Shown here in pieces: positions 1 to 9,361 of a stretch of DNA of 64,000 nucleotides. Positions within the stretch are counted from its first letter, which is position 1. Each line of letters begins with the position of its first letter. This stretch comes from Candidatus Krumholzibacteriales bacterium (GTDB lineage: Bacteria; Krumholzibacteriota; Krumholzibacteriia; Krumholzibacteriales; WJIX01). Location: the NCBI GenBank assembly GCA_046483305.1, contig JAWODM010000072.1:23104-87103 (forward strand). The letters run 5' to 3'. Below the pieces are notes generated by a model. It saw only the letters and a program-made list of their open reading frames with translations. It did not search any database and was not told the origin of the DNA. The translations under genes and the position numbers were made by a program.

Positions 1-414
1 CGAAAGGACAACCCCGTCCTCATCAACTTCCATTACCCTTCCGCAAAGAACGGCTGCCACGGGCTTCCTCTCCCGGAGGTAACAGTCCAGCCGGTGAGGA
101 TAATCCTTATCAAAAACAACCCCCGCTACATCGGGGTTTTCCATGATTTCATTCTCCAGCTGATCCAGTTGGACGGTCAGAATATTCTCTCCGATATATC
201 TCTCTGTAATCAAGCTGAGCGAATCGACCGGCAACCCCTTGTTCCCGTAAAGGTCTATCCTCTGTATGGACAGGCACCCGGTAAAATACCAGAAATATAT
301 GAATGACCCCGCTGCCGCGATTACGAGTACCGGCAAAGCGGCCAGCCTTATATAGCGGCTGAATCCGGGGCCGCTTCTGCTTGAAGCCATCAGCGTTTTC
401 CTTCTTGCGGCCAT
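1..414 (-). CDS. ftsQ: Cell division protein FtsQ/DivIB, partial (C-terminus runs off the window)
   Basis: Not in the ORF track. ATG at 414 directly abuts the murC stop. Manual translation MAARRKTLM...RLAALPVLVIAAAGSFIYFWYF (TM)...SIQRIDLYGN...GENIL...DYPHRLDCYLRERKPVA...VDEDGVVL gives a TM helix plus a POTRA-like domain in the dcw position. Confidence 0.85.
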   Translation of the reverse strand, partial: MAARRKTLMASSRSGPGFSRYIRLAALPVLVIAAAGSFIYFWYFTGCLSIQRIDLYGNKGLPVDSLSLITERYIGENILTVQLDQLENEIMENPDVAGVVFDKDYPHRLDCYLRERKPVAAVLCGRVMEVDEDGVVLS

Positions 415-1785
415 TTAAGCACCTCTCTCCTTCATTATCTCCTCTCCGAGCTTGAACACATCTCCCGCTCCCAGAGTGAGAACCAGATCTCCATCCTCTA
501 TTGTATCCAGAACCGCCCTCTTCATATCCTCGCGCTCAGGTATGTAATTTACTCCCTTTTTCCTCCCCTTCAGGGCTGCCCGGTAGATCAGCTCTCCGCT
601 CACACCGGGAATCCTGCTCTCGCTGGCCGGATAAACGTCCATGATGAAAATCTGGTCGGCCATATTGAAGCATCTGTCAAAATTCCTGTGAAGATCACGG
701 GTTCTGCTGTATCTGTGGGGCTGGAACACCACTATAAGCCTTCTGTCATAATTCCTTCTGGCCGAACCGATAACAGCTTCGATCTCTGTGGGATGATGAG
801 CGTAATCATCTATGAACAGGACCCCTTCGGACTCTCCCTTGATCTCGAAGCGCCTCTGCACACCCTTCAGGCCGGCCAGCGCCTGCCGGAGGGTTTCAAA
901 TCCGATATCGAGCTGATCCGCCAGGGCGCATACCCCCAGCGCGTTCAGCACATTGTAGCGGCCCGGCAGGCTGACAAACAGTTCTCCCCGCTTCTGCCCC
1001 CCGGCGAATAGAGTAAAAGCGCTCCCCCCGCCGCTCTGCTCACCAATTACACCCCTGTAATCCGGATCGCCCTCGAAGCCGTAGGTTATAACACTTCTTT
1101 CTATTCTGGACATAACTTCCCTGAGATGGGGATTATCGCTGCAGCAGATCAATTCGCCGTGGAAAGGCACCCGGGAAGCGAATTCGATAAAAGCGTTGTA
1201 GATGCTGTTAAGGCCTCCATAGAAATTAAGGTGTTCCATATCTATATTAGTTATCAGAGCGATAACCGGAGCCAGCCTCACAAAATTTCCGTCGCTTTCA
1301 TCAACTTCCGCGAGAATGAACTTTCCCTCCCCCAGGCGGGCGTTAACCCCCAGCGCTTCCACTCTTCCTCCTATGATTACAGTGGGATCCAGGCCGGCCC
1401 GGTCCATCACTTCCGCCGCTATGGAGGTGGTAGTGGTTTTTCCGTGAGCCCCCGCCACCGCGATTCCATCCTTAATGGTCATCAGCTCTCCCAGCATATC
1501 CGACCGGGGAATTACCGGTATCCCCCTCTCGTTCGCCGCTATAACCTCAGGATTGGAAGAAGGTATGGCGGATGAAATAACCACAATATCTGACTCGCCG
1601 ATATTACCGGGGGCGTGCCCCCGGTAAATCAATGCCCCCATATTTCGCAGCCGTTCGGTTATTCCGCTCGCCTGAATATCCGAACCGGTGACTTTGAATC
1701 CCAGGTTGATGAGAACTTCCGCGATCCCGCTCATACCTATGCCGCCGATCCCAACAAAATGAATATGTTTATCGTTGCTGAACAT
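415..1785 (-). CDS. murC: UDP-N-acetylmuramate--L-alanine ligase
   Basis: HFVGIGGIGMSGIA, GAHGKTTT, EVDESDG, DDYAHHPTE and FQPHRYSRT motifs. Confidence 0.98.
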   Translation of the reverse strand: MFSNDKHIHFVGIGGIGMSGIAEVLINLGFKVTGSDIQASGITERLRNMGALIYRGHAPGNIGESDIVVISSAIPSSNPEVIAANERGIPVIPRSDMLGELMTIKDGIAVAGAHGKTTTTSIAAEVMDRAGLDPTVIIGGRVEALGVNARLGEGKFILAEVDESDGNFVRLAPVIALITNIDMEHLNFYGGLNSIYNAFIEFASRVPFHGELICCSDNPHLREVMSRIERSVITYGFEGDPDYRGVIGEQSGGGSAFTLFAGGQKRGELFVSLPGRYNVLNALGVCALADQLDIGFETLRQALAGLKGVQRRFEIKGESEGVLFIDDYAHHPTEIEAVIGSARRNYDRRLIVVFQPHRYSRTRDLHRNFDRCFNMADQIFIMDVYPASESRIPGVSGELIYRAALKGRKKGVNYIPEREDMKRAVLDTIEDGDLVLTLGAGDVFKLGEEIMKERGA

Positions 1786-1787
1786 TT

Positions 1788-2882
1788 CTAACCGCTTTTC
1801 CTTTCAAGAATAGATTCGATATCATCTACTATCTTCCGGGCCGCCTCATTAATTCCCCTGCTTCTGGCGGCTTCCGCCATACTTCCGATTCTCTGCCGGT
1901 CAGACAGGATATTATCAAGAATAGCGCCCAGCCTCTCCCCGCTGAGTTCCGAATCTTCCACCATCACCGCCCCCCCGGCCTCCTCTAGATAACGGGCGTT
2001 CTCAACCTGGTGGTTATCGGCGGAGAAGGGATAGGGAACCAGTATGGCGGGAATCCCCACCGAGGCGATCTCAGACACGCTCAGGGCGCCGGCTCTGGAA
2101 ATCACTATATCTGCCGCCTCATACGCCTCCCGTATATTCTTTATGTAATCCGTTACGAAAACCCTGTCTCCGAACCCGGACAGCTCAGATTTCATCATAC
2201 GGTAATCCCTTTTTCCGGTTTGAATTATCATCTGTACGCCGCCGGTGGACCTGATATATTCCAGGGCGGCCCTGTTCAGCGAAGAAGCCCCCTGGCTCCC
2301 CCCGAAAGCCAGTAGAACCGGCAGATCCCCGGCAAGTCCGAACGCGGCTGCGGCATCTCCCTCATACTCTTCAGTAATGACAGAGCGGAGGGGATTTCCG
2401 GTGTGAAGAAGTTTTTCCCGGTCACTGAAGAACCGGGCGGCATGATTGAAACCGAGATATATCCTTTCGGCAAACCTGGAGAGCATCCGGTTGGTCAGGC
2501 CGGGAATTGAATTCTGCTCCTGGAGAACGATCGCCTTTCCGAGAACGGATGCGGCAACAACCACCGAAACGCTGGCATACCCCCCGAAACCGATAACCAG
2601 GTCCGGCTTGAACCGGGAAATTATTATTATGGACTGAATCATTCCGGCAGCCATACCTGACAGCGTTCCGATCCGGCGCCAGAATTTCCTGCCTCTCATG
2701 GGGCCGGAAACTATAAACCTCAAGCTGTAACCGAACTCCTCTATGATTTCGGATTCCAGGCCCGCCCGGGTACCCACAAACAGCGGGTTGAATGAATCGA
2801 ACCGGCTCTTCATCTCATCCGCGACCGCCAGCGCGGGATAGATATGGCCGCCGGTTCCACCGCCTGCGAATACAATCCGCAC
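1788..2882 (-). CDS. murG: Lipid II GlcNAc transferase
   Basis: GGGTGGHIYP, GFGGY, EQNSIPG, GGSQGA and SRAGA motifs; GTG start. Confidence 0.98.
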   Translation of the reverse strand: MRIVFAGGGTGGHIYPALAVADEMKSRFDSFNPLFVGTRAGLESEIIEEFGYSLRFIVSGPMRGRKFWRRIGTLSGMAAGMIQSIIIISRFKPDLVIGFGGYASVSVVVAASVLGKAIVLQEQNSIPGLTNRMLSRFAERIYLGFNHAARFFSDREKLLHTGNPLRSVITEEYEGDAAAAFGLAGDLPVLLAFGGSQGASSLNRAALEYIRSTGGVQMIIQTGKRDYRMMKSELSGFGDRVFVTDYIKNIREAYEAADIVISRAGALSVSEIASVGIPAILVPYPFSADNHQVENARYLEEAGGAVMVEDSELSGERLGAILDNILSDRQRIGSMAEAARSRGINEAARKIVDDIESILERKSG

Positions 2883-4036
2883 TATCTATCCTCCTTCCTG
2901 CTCGCGAACACCGGCTTCCTTGCTACGGATACCTCAGAGGTTCTCCTGTATTTTCTCGCACTCGATATATTGAGCAGTATTCCGACAGCTGCCATCGAAG
3001 TTAATAATGACGTGCCTCCATAACTGACAAAGGGTAAAGGGAGTCCTACTGTCGGGATAATACCCGTGGTCATGGCTATATTGACGACCGACGTCAACAT
3101 GATGATCAAACCTATACCGAGTGCGAGATAACGGCTGAAAGTGTCCGGAGCGTCGCGGGCGATTATCAGGGCTTTATAGAAAATGAATACTATTATACCG
3201 AAAACCAGCATAGTCCCGATGAACCCGAGCTCTTCTCCCACTATTGAATAAATAAAATCTGTATGGGCATCGGGAAGGAATCTGTACTTCTGATGGCCCT
3301 TACCGGGGCCGCACCCGTATATGAAACCGGATCCCAGCGATATCAGAGACTGCCGGACGTGCCAGTTCTGGCTGAGCAGGTAATCACCGCTGTTGAAAAG
3401 CCCGATCACCCTGTTCCTGACGTGCGGCTGAATATAAAGATAGGGAATCGAAAGTATAAACAGCGCTCCGTAGCTGAGAGCGAGATGAACCAGCCTGCTC
3501 CTTCCCAGATACAGCATGATGAATGTCAGGCCGAAGATGAGAGTGGCGTTGCTGATATTGGGCTGCAGAATCAGAAGAACCGCTATTACCACCGAAACCA
3601 CGAACACCGGGAGAAAATCCTCCCGGAGCTTCCGGGCCGACCCCTTTGCCCGGGCAATGATATCAGCGGTGAATATAATCAGGGCGTATTTAACGAATTC
3701 TACCGGCTGAATAGTGAAATTATATATGCGCAGCCACCTTCTGGCGCCCCGAACCTCCCTTCCCCAGAGAAGAACCGCGAAAAGCGAGATTACCCCGATG
3801 ATAACCCCGTACAGGGCAACGCTCCGGTAGATCCGGTAGGGAACCTTCATGCATACATAGAGAATGATTATTCCCAGAGCGAGGTGCACCGCTCCATGTT
3901 TAATGAAATAGTAGGGAGACCCATACTGCTCTCTGGCTATTACCTGGGTGGCAGAGAAGACCATTATCATACCCACCGTGGCCAGAAGCAGCGTGGCGCA
4001 TAGAAGGTCGTAAGCATACCTGTTACTCCTGTCCAT
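2882..4036 (-). CDS. ftsW: SEDS peptidoglycan glycosyltransferase FtsW
   Basis: GARRW, IQPVEF, LPDAHTDFI, GEELG and LPFVSYGGTS motifs; dcw position. Confidence 0.96.
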   Translation of the reverse strand: MDRSNRYAYDLLCATLLLATVGMIMVFSATQVIAREQYGSPYYFIKHGAVHLALGIIILYVCMKVPYRIYRSVALYGVIIGVISLFAVLLWGREVRGARRWLRIYNFTIQPVEFVKYALIIFTADIIARAKGSARKLREDFLPVFVVSVVIAVLLILQPNISNATLIFGLTFIMLYLGRSRLVHLALSYGALFILSIPYLYIQPHVRNRVIGLFNSGDYLLSQNWHVRQSLISLGSGFIYGCGPGKGHQKYRFLPDAHTDFIYSIVGEELGFIGTMLVFGIIVFIFYKALIIARDAPDTFSRYLALGIGLIIMLTSVVNIAMTTGIIPTVGLPLPFVSYGGTSLLTSMAAVGILLNISSARKYRRTSEVSVARKPVFASRKEDR

Positions 4037-5384
4037 CGCCTCCCCCTTCCAGCTGCCGAACCGCCTCTGTGAATGTTTCCCCTCTCTCTCTGAAATCCCG
4101 GAACATATCGAAACTGGCGCATGCCGGGGAGAGAACCACCGCCATGCCAGGTTCGCTCATCCGGCGGCATGCCTTTACAGCCTCAGGGATATCTGCGGCG
4201 TGCCGGACCGGAATTCTCCCCTTCACAGCCCTCTCTATCAGTTCCGCCGCCTCGCCTATAAGGACAATATTCCGTATAATCCCCGAAACTGACAGGAGCT
4301 TGGTGTAATCACTGCCCTTATCAAGCCCGCCGGCAATGAGATTAACGGGAACCGGCATCCCCTTCAGGCTCATAACCGTTCCTTCCACATTGGTGGCTTT
4401 CGAATCGTTATAGTAATCGACCCCGTCCAGCCTGCGGACCAGCTCCATCCTGTGCTTCAGGCCGCTGAACCCGGATAGCGCTTCCCTGCAGGCCTTTCCG
4501 CTGACTCCGAATTCACGCGCAGCCGCGACCGCCGCCATGCTGTTCTCGGCATTGTGTATCCCAACCACCTTCAGCTCCGGAAGATCGATTATCTCTTCCT
4601 CAACCTCCCCGTTTTCCACTATCACAATTTTGCCGTCCCTGAGAGCTACGCCGGAGCTCAGGGGAACAGATGATGAGAACGGAATCAGCCTGCCCGGGAA
4701 TTCGCGGGCTGCCCCCGAACACCTGGGATCAGCGGCATTATAGACAAATGAGCTTTCAGTTCCGCAGTTCATGAATATTCTTTCCTTGGCCTTGTAGTAA
4801 TCCTCCACGGAATCATACCTGTCCAGGTGATCGGGGGTCATGTTCAGAATCCCCGCTACGCGGGGTTTAAAGTCTGATATCGACTCCAGCTGAAAACTGC
4901 TCGCTTCCAGTACCAGGATGGTTTCGGCGCCGGCCGATGCCGCCACCGAGCAGAGCGGTTTTCCTATATTTCCGGCAGCGACGGCTTTGAAGCCGCCGGC
5001 CTTCAACACCGACTCGATCATGGAGACGGTGGTAGATTTTCCATTTGTTCCGGTTATGGCGATTATCTCTCCCCGGGCGAACCTGAAACCAAGTTCCAGT
5101 TCGGAAATGACCGGTATGGCCCTGCTCTCCGCCTCCTTTATAATCGGGCGGCTCAGCGGGATCCCGGGGCTGAGAATCACCTGCTCGCAGCCGTCCAGCA
5201 GGGAATTATCGAAAGGGGCCAGCTTTATTTCCATCCCTTCCATCTCTTCGGGTAGATGAATATCTCCCTTTTCATCCGCGCCTGTCACCTCCGCTCCTTC
5301 CTTCATGAGCAGTTTTGCCGCGGCGATGCCGCTCCTGGCAAGCCCCAGAACAAGAAATCTTGAATTTCTGTAATCCCGTTTCAA
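4023..5384 (-). CDS. murD: UDP-MurNAc-L-Ala--D-glutamate ligase
   Basis: GLARSG, TGTNGKST, SSFQL, DHLDRY, NDSKATN and SPACASFD motifs; TTG start. Confidence 0.98.
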   Translation of the reverse strand: MKRDYRNSRFLVLGLARSGIAAAKLLMKEGAEVTGADEKGDIHLPEEMEGMEIKLAPFDNSLLDGCEQVILSPGIPLSRPIIKEAESRAIPVISELELGFRFARGEIIAITGTNGKSTTVSMIESVLKAGGFKAVAAGNIGKPLCSVAASAGAETILVLEASSFQLESISDFKPRVAGILNMTPDHLDRYDSVEDYYKAKERIFMNCGTESSFVYNAADPRCSGAAREFPGRLIPFSSSVPLSSGVALRDGKIVIVENGEVEEEIIDLPELKVVGIHNAENSMAAVAAAREFGVSGKACREALSGFSGLKHRMELVRRLDGVDYYNDSKATNVEGTVMSLKGMPVPVNLIAGGLDKGSDYTKLLSVSGIIRNIVLIGEAAELIERAVKGRIPVRHAADIPEAVKACRRMSEPGMAVVLSPACASFDMFRDFRERGETFTEAVRQLEGGGDGQE

Positions 5385-5406
5385 ATCCCGATCCTTTCGA
5401 CTCCGA

Positions 5407-6492
5407 TCATCTCAGTTTCAGAGTGGTCATACCAAGCAGCATCAGCAGAGCCGCCACTATCCAGAACCTGACCACGATCTGCTCTTCGGCCCATCCCATT
5501 AATTCAAAATGGTGGTGCAGGGGCGACATCCTGAAAACTCTTTTGCCCCTCAACCTGTAAGAAACAACCTGTATTATCACTGAGGCGGCCTCCATAACGA
5601 AAACCCCTCCGATAATTACCAGCAGGAATTCCCTCTTCAGCAGAACCGCTATGGTGCCCAGCGCCCCTCCTATGGCCAGGGACCCGGTATCTCCCATGAA
5701 GATCCTGGCCGGGTGAGTATTGAACCAGAGGAAGCCGAGAGCGGCGCCCACTACCGACATGCAGTAGATGGAGAGCTCGCCGCTGCCTTTCTGGAAGAGT
5801 ATATTGAGATAATCCGCGAACACTGCATGCCCGGCAAGGTATGCCAGAATAGCGAAAGCGACAAACGAGAATGCGGTAACCCCGATGGCGAGTCCATCCA
5901 GGCCGTCGGTGAGATTTACCGCATTGGAGGTCCCGGTTACCACCAGCATTACAAACGGGACATACAGAATGCCCCAGTCGATATATGTTTCCTTGAAGAA
6001 GGGGACCGCTGTGCCGGTCACATGAGTGTCGGTAAGCGGGCTGAAATAAAGGAACAGGCCCAGTCCGGCGCCGAACAGCAGCTGTCCTATGAGTTTGTAT
6101 CTCCCCACCAGCCCCTTGTCATACTTCTTTACCACACTGAGGTAATCGTCCCAGAAGCCGATTATCCCTATCCATACCGTCACCACCAGAACAAGCTGCA
6201 CGTAAGCGTTTCTGAGGTCCGCCCATAGAACCGTGGGGATACATATGGCGCAGATTATCAGCACACCCCCCATGGTGGGAGTTCCTTCCTTCCGGGAATG
6301 GTTCTCCGGCGTGAACGGCCTGATCTTCTGGCCGATCTGCATCCCGCTCAGCCACCTTATCACGCGGGGGCCGAAGATGAAGCTGATAAGCAGGGCCGTT
6401 ACAGTGGCGTACGCCGCTCTGAAGGTGATATACCTGAAAACGTTAAAGGCGAAGAAGTACTCTTTCAGGGGATATAGGAGATAGTAAAGCAT
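5407..6492 (-). CDS. mraY: Phospho-MurNAc-pentapeptide transferase
   Basis: GTPTMGG, GFWDDY, NAVNLTDGLDGL, FMGDTGSL and PLHHHFE motifs. Start moved to ATG 6492 (MLYYLL), overlapping the murF TGA. Confidence 0.98.
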   Translation of the reverse strand: MLYYLLYPLKEYFFAFNVFRYITFRAAYATVTALLISFIFGPRVIRWLSGMQIGQKIRPFTPENHSRKEGTPTMGGVLIICAICIPTVLWADLRNAYVQLVLVVTVWIGIIGFWDDYLSVVKKYDKGLVGRYKLIGQLLFGAGLGLFLYFSPLTDTHVTGTAVPFFKETYIDWGILYVPFVMLVVTGTSNAVNLTDGLDGLAIGVTAFSFVAFAILAYLAGHAVFADYLNILFQKGSGELSIYCMSVVGAALGFLWFNTHPARIFMGDTGSLAIGGALGTIAVLLKREFLLVIIGGVFVMEAASVIIQVVSYRLRGKRVFRMSPLHHHFELMGWAEEQIVVRFWIVAALLMLLGMTTLKLR

Positions 6493-7889
6493 CAGCCCAC
6501 CCTCTCTCTGCCTGTTTCCCTGAGTTTCTCTATACCGTCTATCACCCTCCACATACCCATATCCCTGGAGCCCTTTACCAGCACCGCATCGCCGTTTTCC
6601 AGCAGCCCGTTGAGGAAATGAGACAGTTTATCGATATTCACGAAATGACTTATTTTCTCGGGAGCTTTGCTTCCTCCCGCCGCCTCGCGGCTGATAAAGA
6701 CTGTATCCTCACCCAGGGTAACCAGCCCGTAGACGCCGGCCTTTCCGCAGAACTCGCCCATTTGCCGGTGAAGCTCCCCGCTGGCCTCGCCCAGCTCCAG
6801 CATATCCCCCAGTACCAGCCACCTCCTGCCGCTCACCGGCATTTCCATGAATCCCTCTATGGAGGATTTCAGCGAAAGGGGATTGGAATTGTATGAATCG
6901 TTTACAAACAGGATCTCATCAACAAGGTATATTATTCCTCTCCTATCCACCGGCCTGAAATTCCTGACCGCCCCGGCGATCTCTCCGGCGCCAACTCCGG
7001 CGCAGGAGGCAGCGGCCGCGGAGGCCGCTATATTGAGAAGGTGGTATCTTCCCGGTATATCGGTTTCCATATCCTCTCCCCCCAATTCGAAACTGTACCC
7101 CCCGGTATCCTTATTACCGGTAATCTCAATCCTCCAGTCAGCTTCTTCGGAAAAGCCGAAGGTTATAATTTCCCCCTCTACGCTTCCGGAGAGGGTTTCG
7201 AGAAATTTGCTGTCAGCCGGCAGAACCGCCCGGCCGTTCGAGGGCAGAGCCCTCAGCAGCTCCGACTTCGCCCTGGCAACTCCCTCCAGGGAACCGAAAT
7301 ACTCGAGATGCCCGGGGCCGATATTGGTTATCACGCCTATTTCAGGCCGGGCAATGGAGGCAAGCAGCTCTATCTCCTTCTCATGATTCGCGCCCATTTC
7401 AACCACTATAACTTCGGTATCCTCCTCCATGGAGAGAATGGTCAGAGGCACACCGATATGGTTATTATAATTTCCCCGTGTGGAATGAACCCGGTAACGC
7501 TTTGAGAGCATAGCGGTTATCAGTTCCTTGGTCTCAGTTTTACCCGCAGTCCCGGTTATCCCTATACACCTTGCCGCCGAGCCAGACCTGTAATCGGCTG
7601 CCAGTTTCTGAAGAGCCTTCAGAGTATCCTCCACTATGAATACCGGCACTCCGGGTTCCTGCCTGATATTTCCGGCGCCTGAGATCAGGAGCGCTCCGGC
7701 CCCGGATTCGACCGCTTCCTCTATGTAATGATTTCCGCACTTTTTTTCTCCCTCCAGGGCGACGAATATCATCCCCTCGCACCCGGTTCTGGTATCGATC
7801 GATACACCAGCCACACTTCCTTCCGGTATACCTTTTCCGCGGTACGAACCTTCTCCCAGCGAACCGGCTATCCATGAAAGCTCTAACAT
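6492..7889 (-). CDS. murF: UDP-MurNAc-tripeptide--D-Ala-D-Ala ligase
   Basis: TGTAGKTETK, GNYNNHIGVPLT, EMGANH, NDSYNSNP, LGDMLELG and VKGSR motifs. Confidence 0.97.
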   Translation of the reverse strand: MLELSWIAGSLGEGSYRGKGIPEGSVAGVSIDTRTGCEGMIFVALEGEKKCGNHYIEEAVESGAGALLISGAGNIRQEPGVPVFIVEDTLKALQKLAADYRSGSAARCIGITGTAGKTETKELITAMLSKRYRVHSTRGNYNNHIGVPLTILSMEEDTEVIVVEMGANHEKEIELLASIARPEIGVITNIGPGHLEYFGSLEGVARAKSELLRALPSNGRAVLPADSKFLETLSGSVEGEIITFGFSEEADWRIEITGNKDTGGYSFELGGEDMETDIPGRYHLLNIAASAAAASCAGVGAGEIAGAVRNFRPVDRRGIIYLVDEILFVNDSYNSNPLSLKSSIEGFMEMPVSGRRWLVLGDMLELGEASGELHRQMGEFCGKAGVYGLVTLGEDTVFISREAAGGSKAPEKISHFVNIDKLSHFLNGLLENGDAVLVKGSRDMGMWRVIDGIEKLRETGRERVG

Positions 7890-9361
7890 GCCGGATCACC
7901 CCTTTTAAGCCGCAGAGCTTTCCGGGCCTCTTCCAGGTCACTGAACCTGACGCGCCGGGTGCCGACAACCAGTACTTCCTCATGGCCCTTTCCGGCCACC
8001 ATAACCAGGTCGCCTCTGCGGGCCTCCTCTATCCCGGCGCGGATCGCTTCCCTTCTGTCCGGTATCACCCGGACCGCGCGGTTCTGTCCGTCAATTCCTT
8101 CCATGATCTCATCTATTATTCTGCCGGGATCCTCGGTCCTGGGATTATCACTGGTAACATATACAGAATCGCTCAGGCGGGCGGCGATCTCGCCCATCAT
8201 AGGCCTCTTGCCCCTGTCGCGGTCGCCTCCGCAGCCGAACACCGTTATCAGCTTTCCCGGTTTCAGTTCTCTGCAGAAGCTCAGAATATTCTCCAGGGCG
8301 TCGGGCGTGTGAGCATAATCCACTACCACCACCGGTTCATCCGCCTCCGATACTACCTGAAACCTCCCCGGAACGTTTTTAACCCGCTCCAGGCCCCGCT
8401 TTATATCATCCGGGGCGATCCCCAGAAGGTATGCGGCCGAGGCTGCCGCCAGCCCGTTGTATATTGAGAAAAGGCCCAGCAGGTTAAGCCTGATATCCAT
8501 TATCCATTCCGGGGTGACCAGCTTCATGGAGGTCCCCTGGAGATCAGCCCTCACTTCAGCGGCAGCAAAATCCGCTTCTTCGCTAAGGCCGAAAGATACC
8601 TTTCGTCCCCGAAACTCCTCCCCCACCTCCCTGACCAGCCTGTCATCAAAATTGTAAACCAGGCTGCCCTTCTTTCCCGGCCCGTTGGTGAGCGAATTGA
8701 CAAAACCTTTCTTCGCTTCCAGATAATTCTCAAAACTATGGTGATAATTCAGATGATCCCTTGAAATATTGGTGAAAACCCCTATATCGAATTGAGTTCC
8801 GAATATCCTCTTCTGATCGACGCTGTGAGAGCTTACTTCCATTACAACCGCCTTGCATCCTTCACTTCTGAAACTGCTGAGTTTCCGGTTCAGTTCCAGA
8901 GCGGCCGGGGTGGTCCTTCCGCTGTAGGCGATACTGTCGCCGATACCGAACCCCACTGTTCCCAGAATTCCGGTTTTCCCCATTGATCCTTCCAGAATCG
9001 ATTTCAGCATAAAAGCGGTGGAGGTTTTACCATTGGTGCCGGTAATTCCGGCCATGGTCATATCCCGGGAAGGGAAATCCATCAACTTCGCGGCAAGAAG
9101 GGCTGCAGCTTCCCTGCTGTCTTTCACTACCAGCAGGGGAACTCCGATCTCAGATTTCTCTTCGGCTACCACCGCGGCCGCTCCCCTGCTGAGAGCTTCC
9201 TTTATATAATTATGGCCGTCTGACTGAATGCCCCTTACCGCCACAAAGAGCTCTCCCTCTGATACTGACCGGGAATCATCGGATATCCCCCTGATTTCAA
9301 CATCCCGGTAATTGAACCTCTCCAGTAATTCAATCTCTTCAATCAACAGCGATAGAAACAA
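7883..9361 (-). CDS. murE: UDP-MurNAc-dipeptide--meso-diaminopimelate ligase
   Basis: TGTNGKTS, MEVSSH, DYAHTPD, FGCGGDRD, the DAP-specific DNPR and AGKGHE; TTG start. Confidence 0.97.
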   Translation of the reverse strand: MFLSLLIEEIELLERFNYRDVEIRGISDDSRSVSEGELFVAVRGIQSDGHNYIKEALSRGAAAVVAEEKSEIGVPLLVVKDSREAAALLAAKLMDFPSRDMTMAGITGTNGKTSTAFMLKSILEGSMGKTGILGTVGFGIGDSIAYSGRTTPAALELNRKLSSFRSEGCKAVVMEVSSHSVDQKRIFGTQFDIGVFTNISRDHLNYHHSFENYLEAKKGFVNSLTNGPGKKGSLVYNFDDRLVREVGEEFRGRKVSFGLSEEADFAAAEVRADLQGTSMKLVTPEWIMDIRLNLLGLFSIYNGLAAASAAYLLGIAPDDIKRGLERVKNVPGRFQVVSEADEPVVVVDYAHTPDALENILSFCRELKPGKLITVFGCGGDRDRGKRPMMGEIAARLSDSVYVTSDNPRTEDPGRIIDEIMEGIDGQNRAVRVIPDRREAIRAGIEEARRGDLVMVAGKGHEEVLVVGTRRVRFSDLEEARKALRLKRGDPAC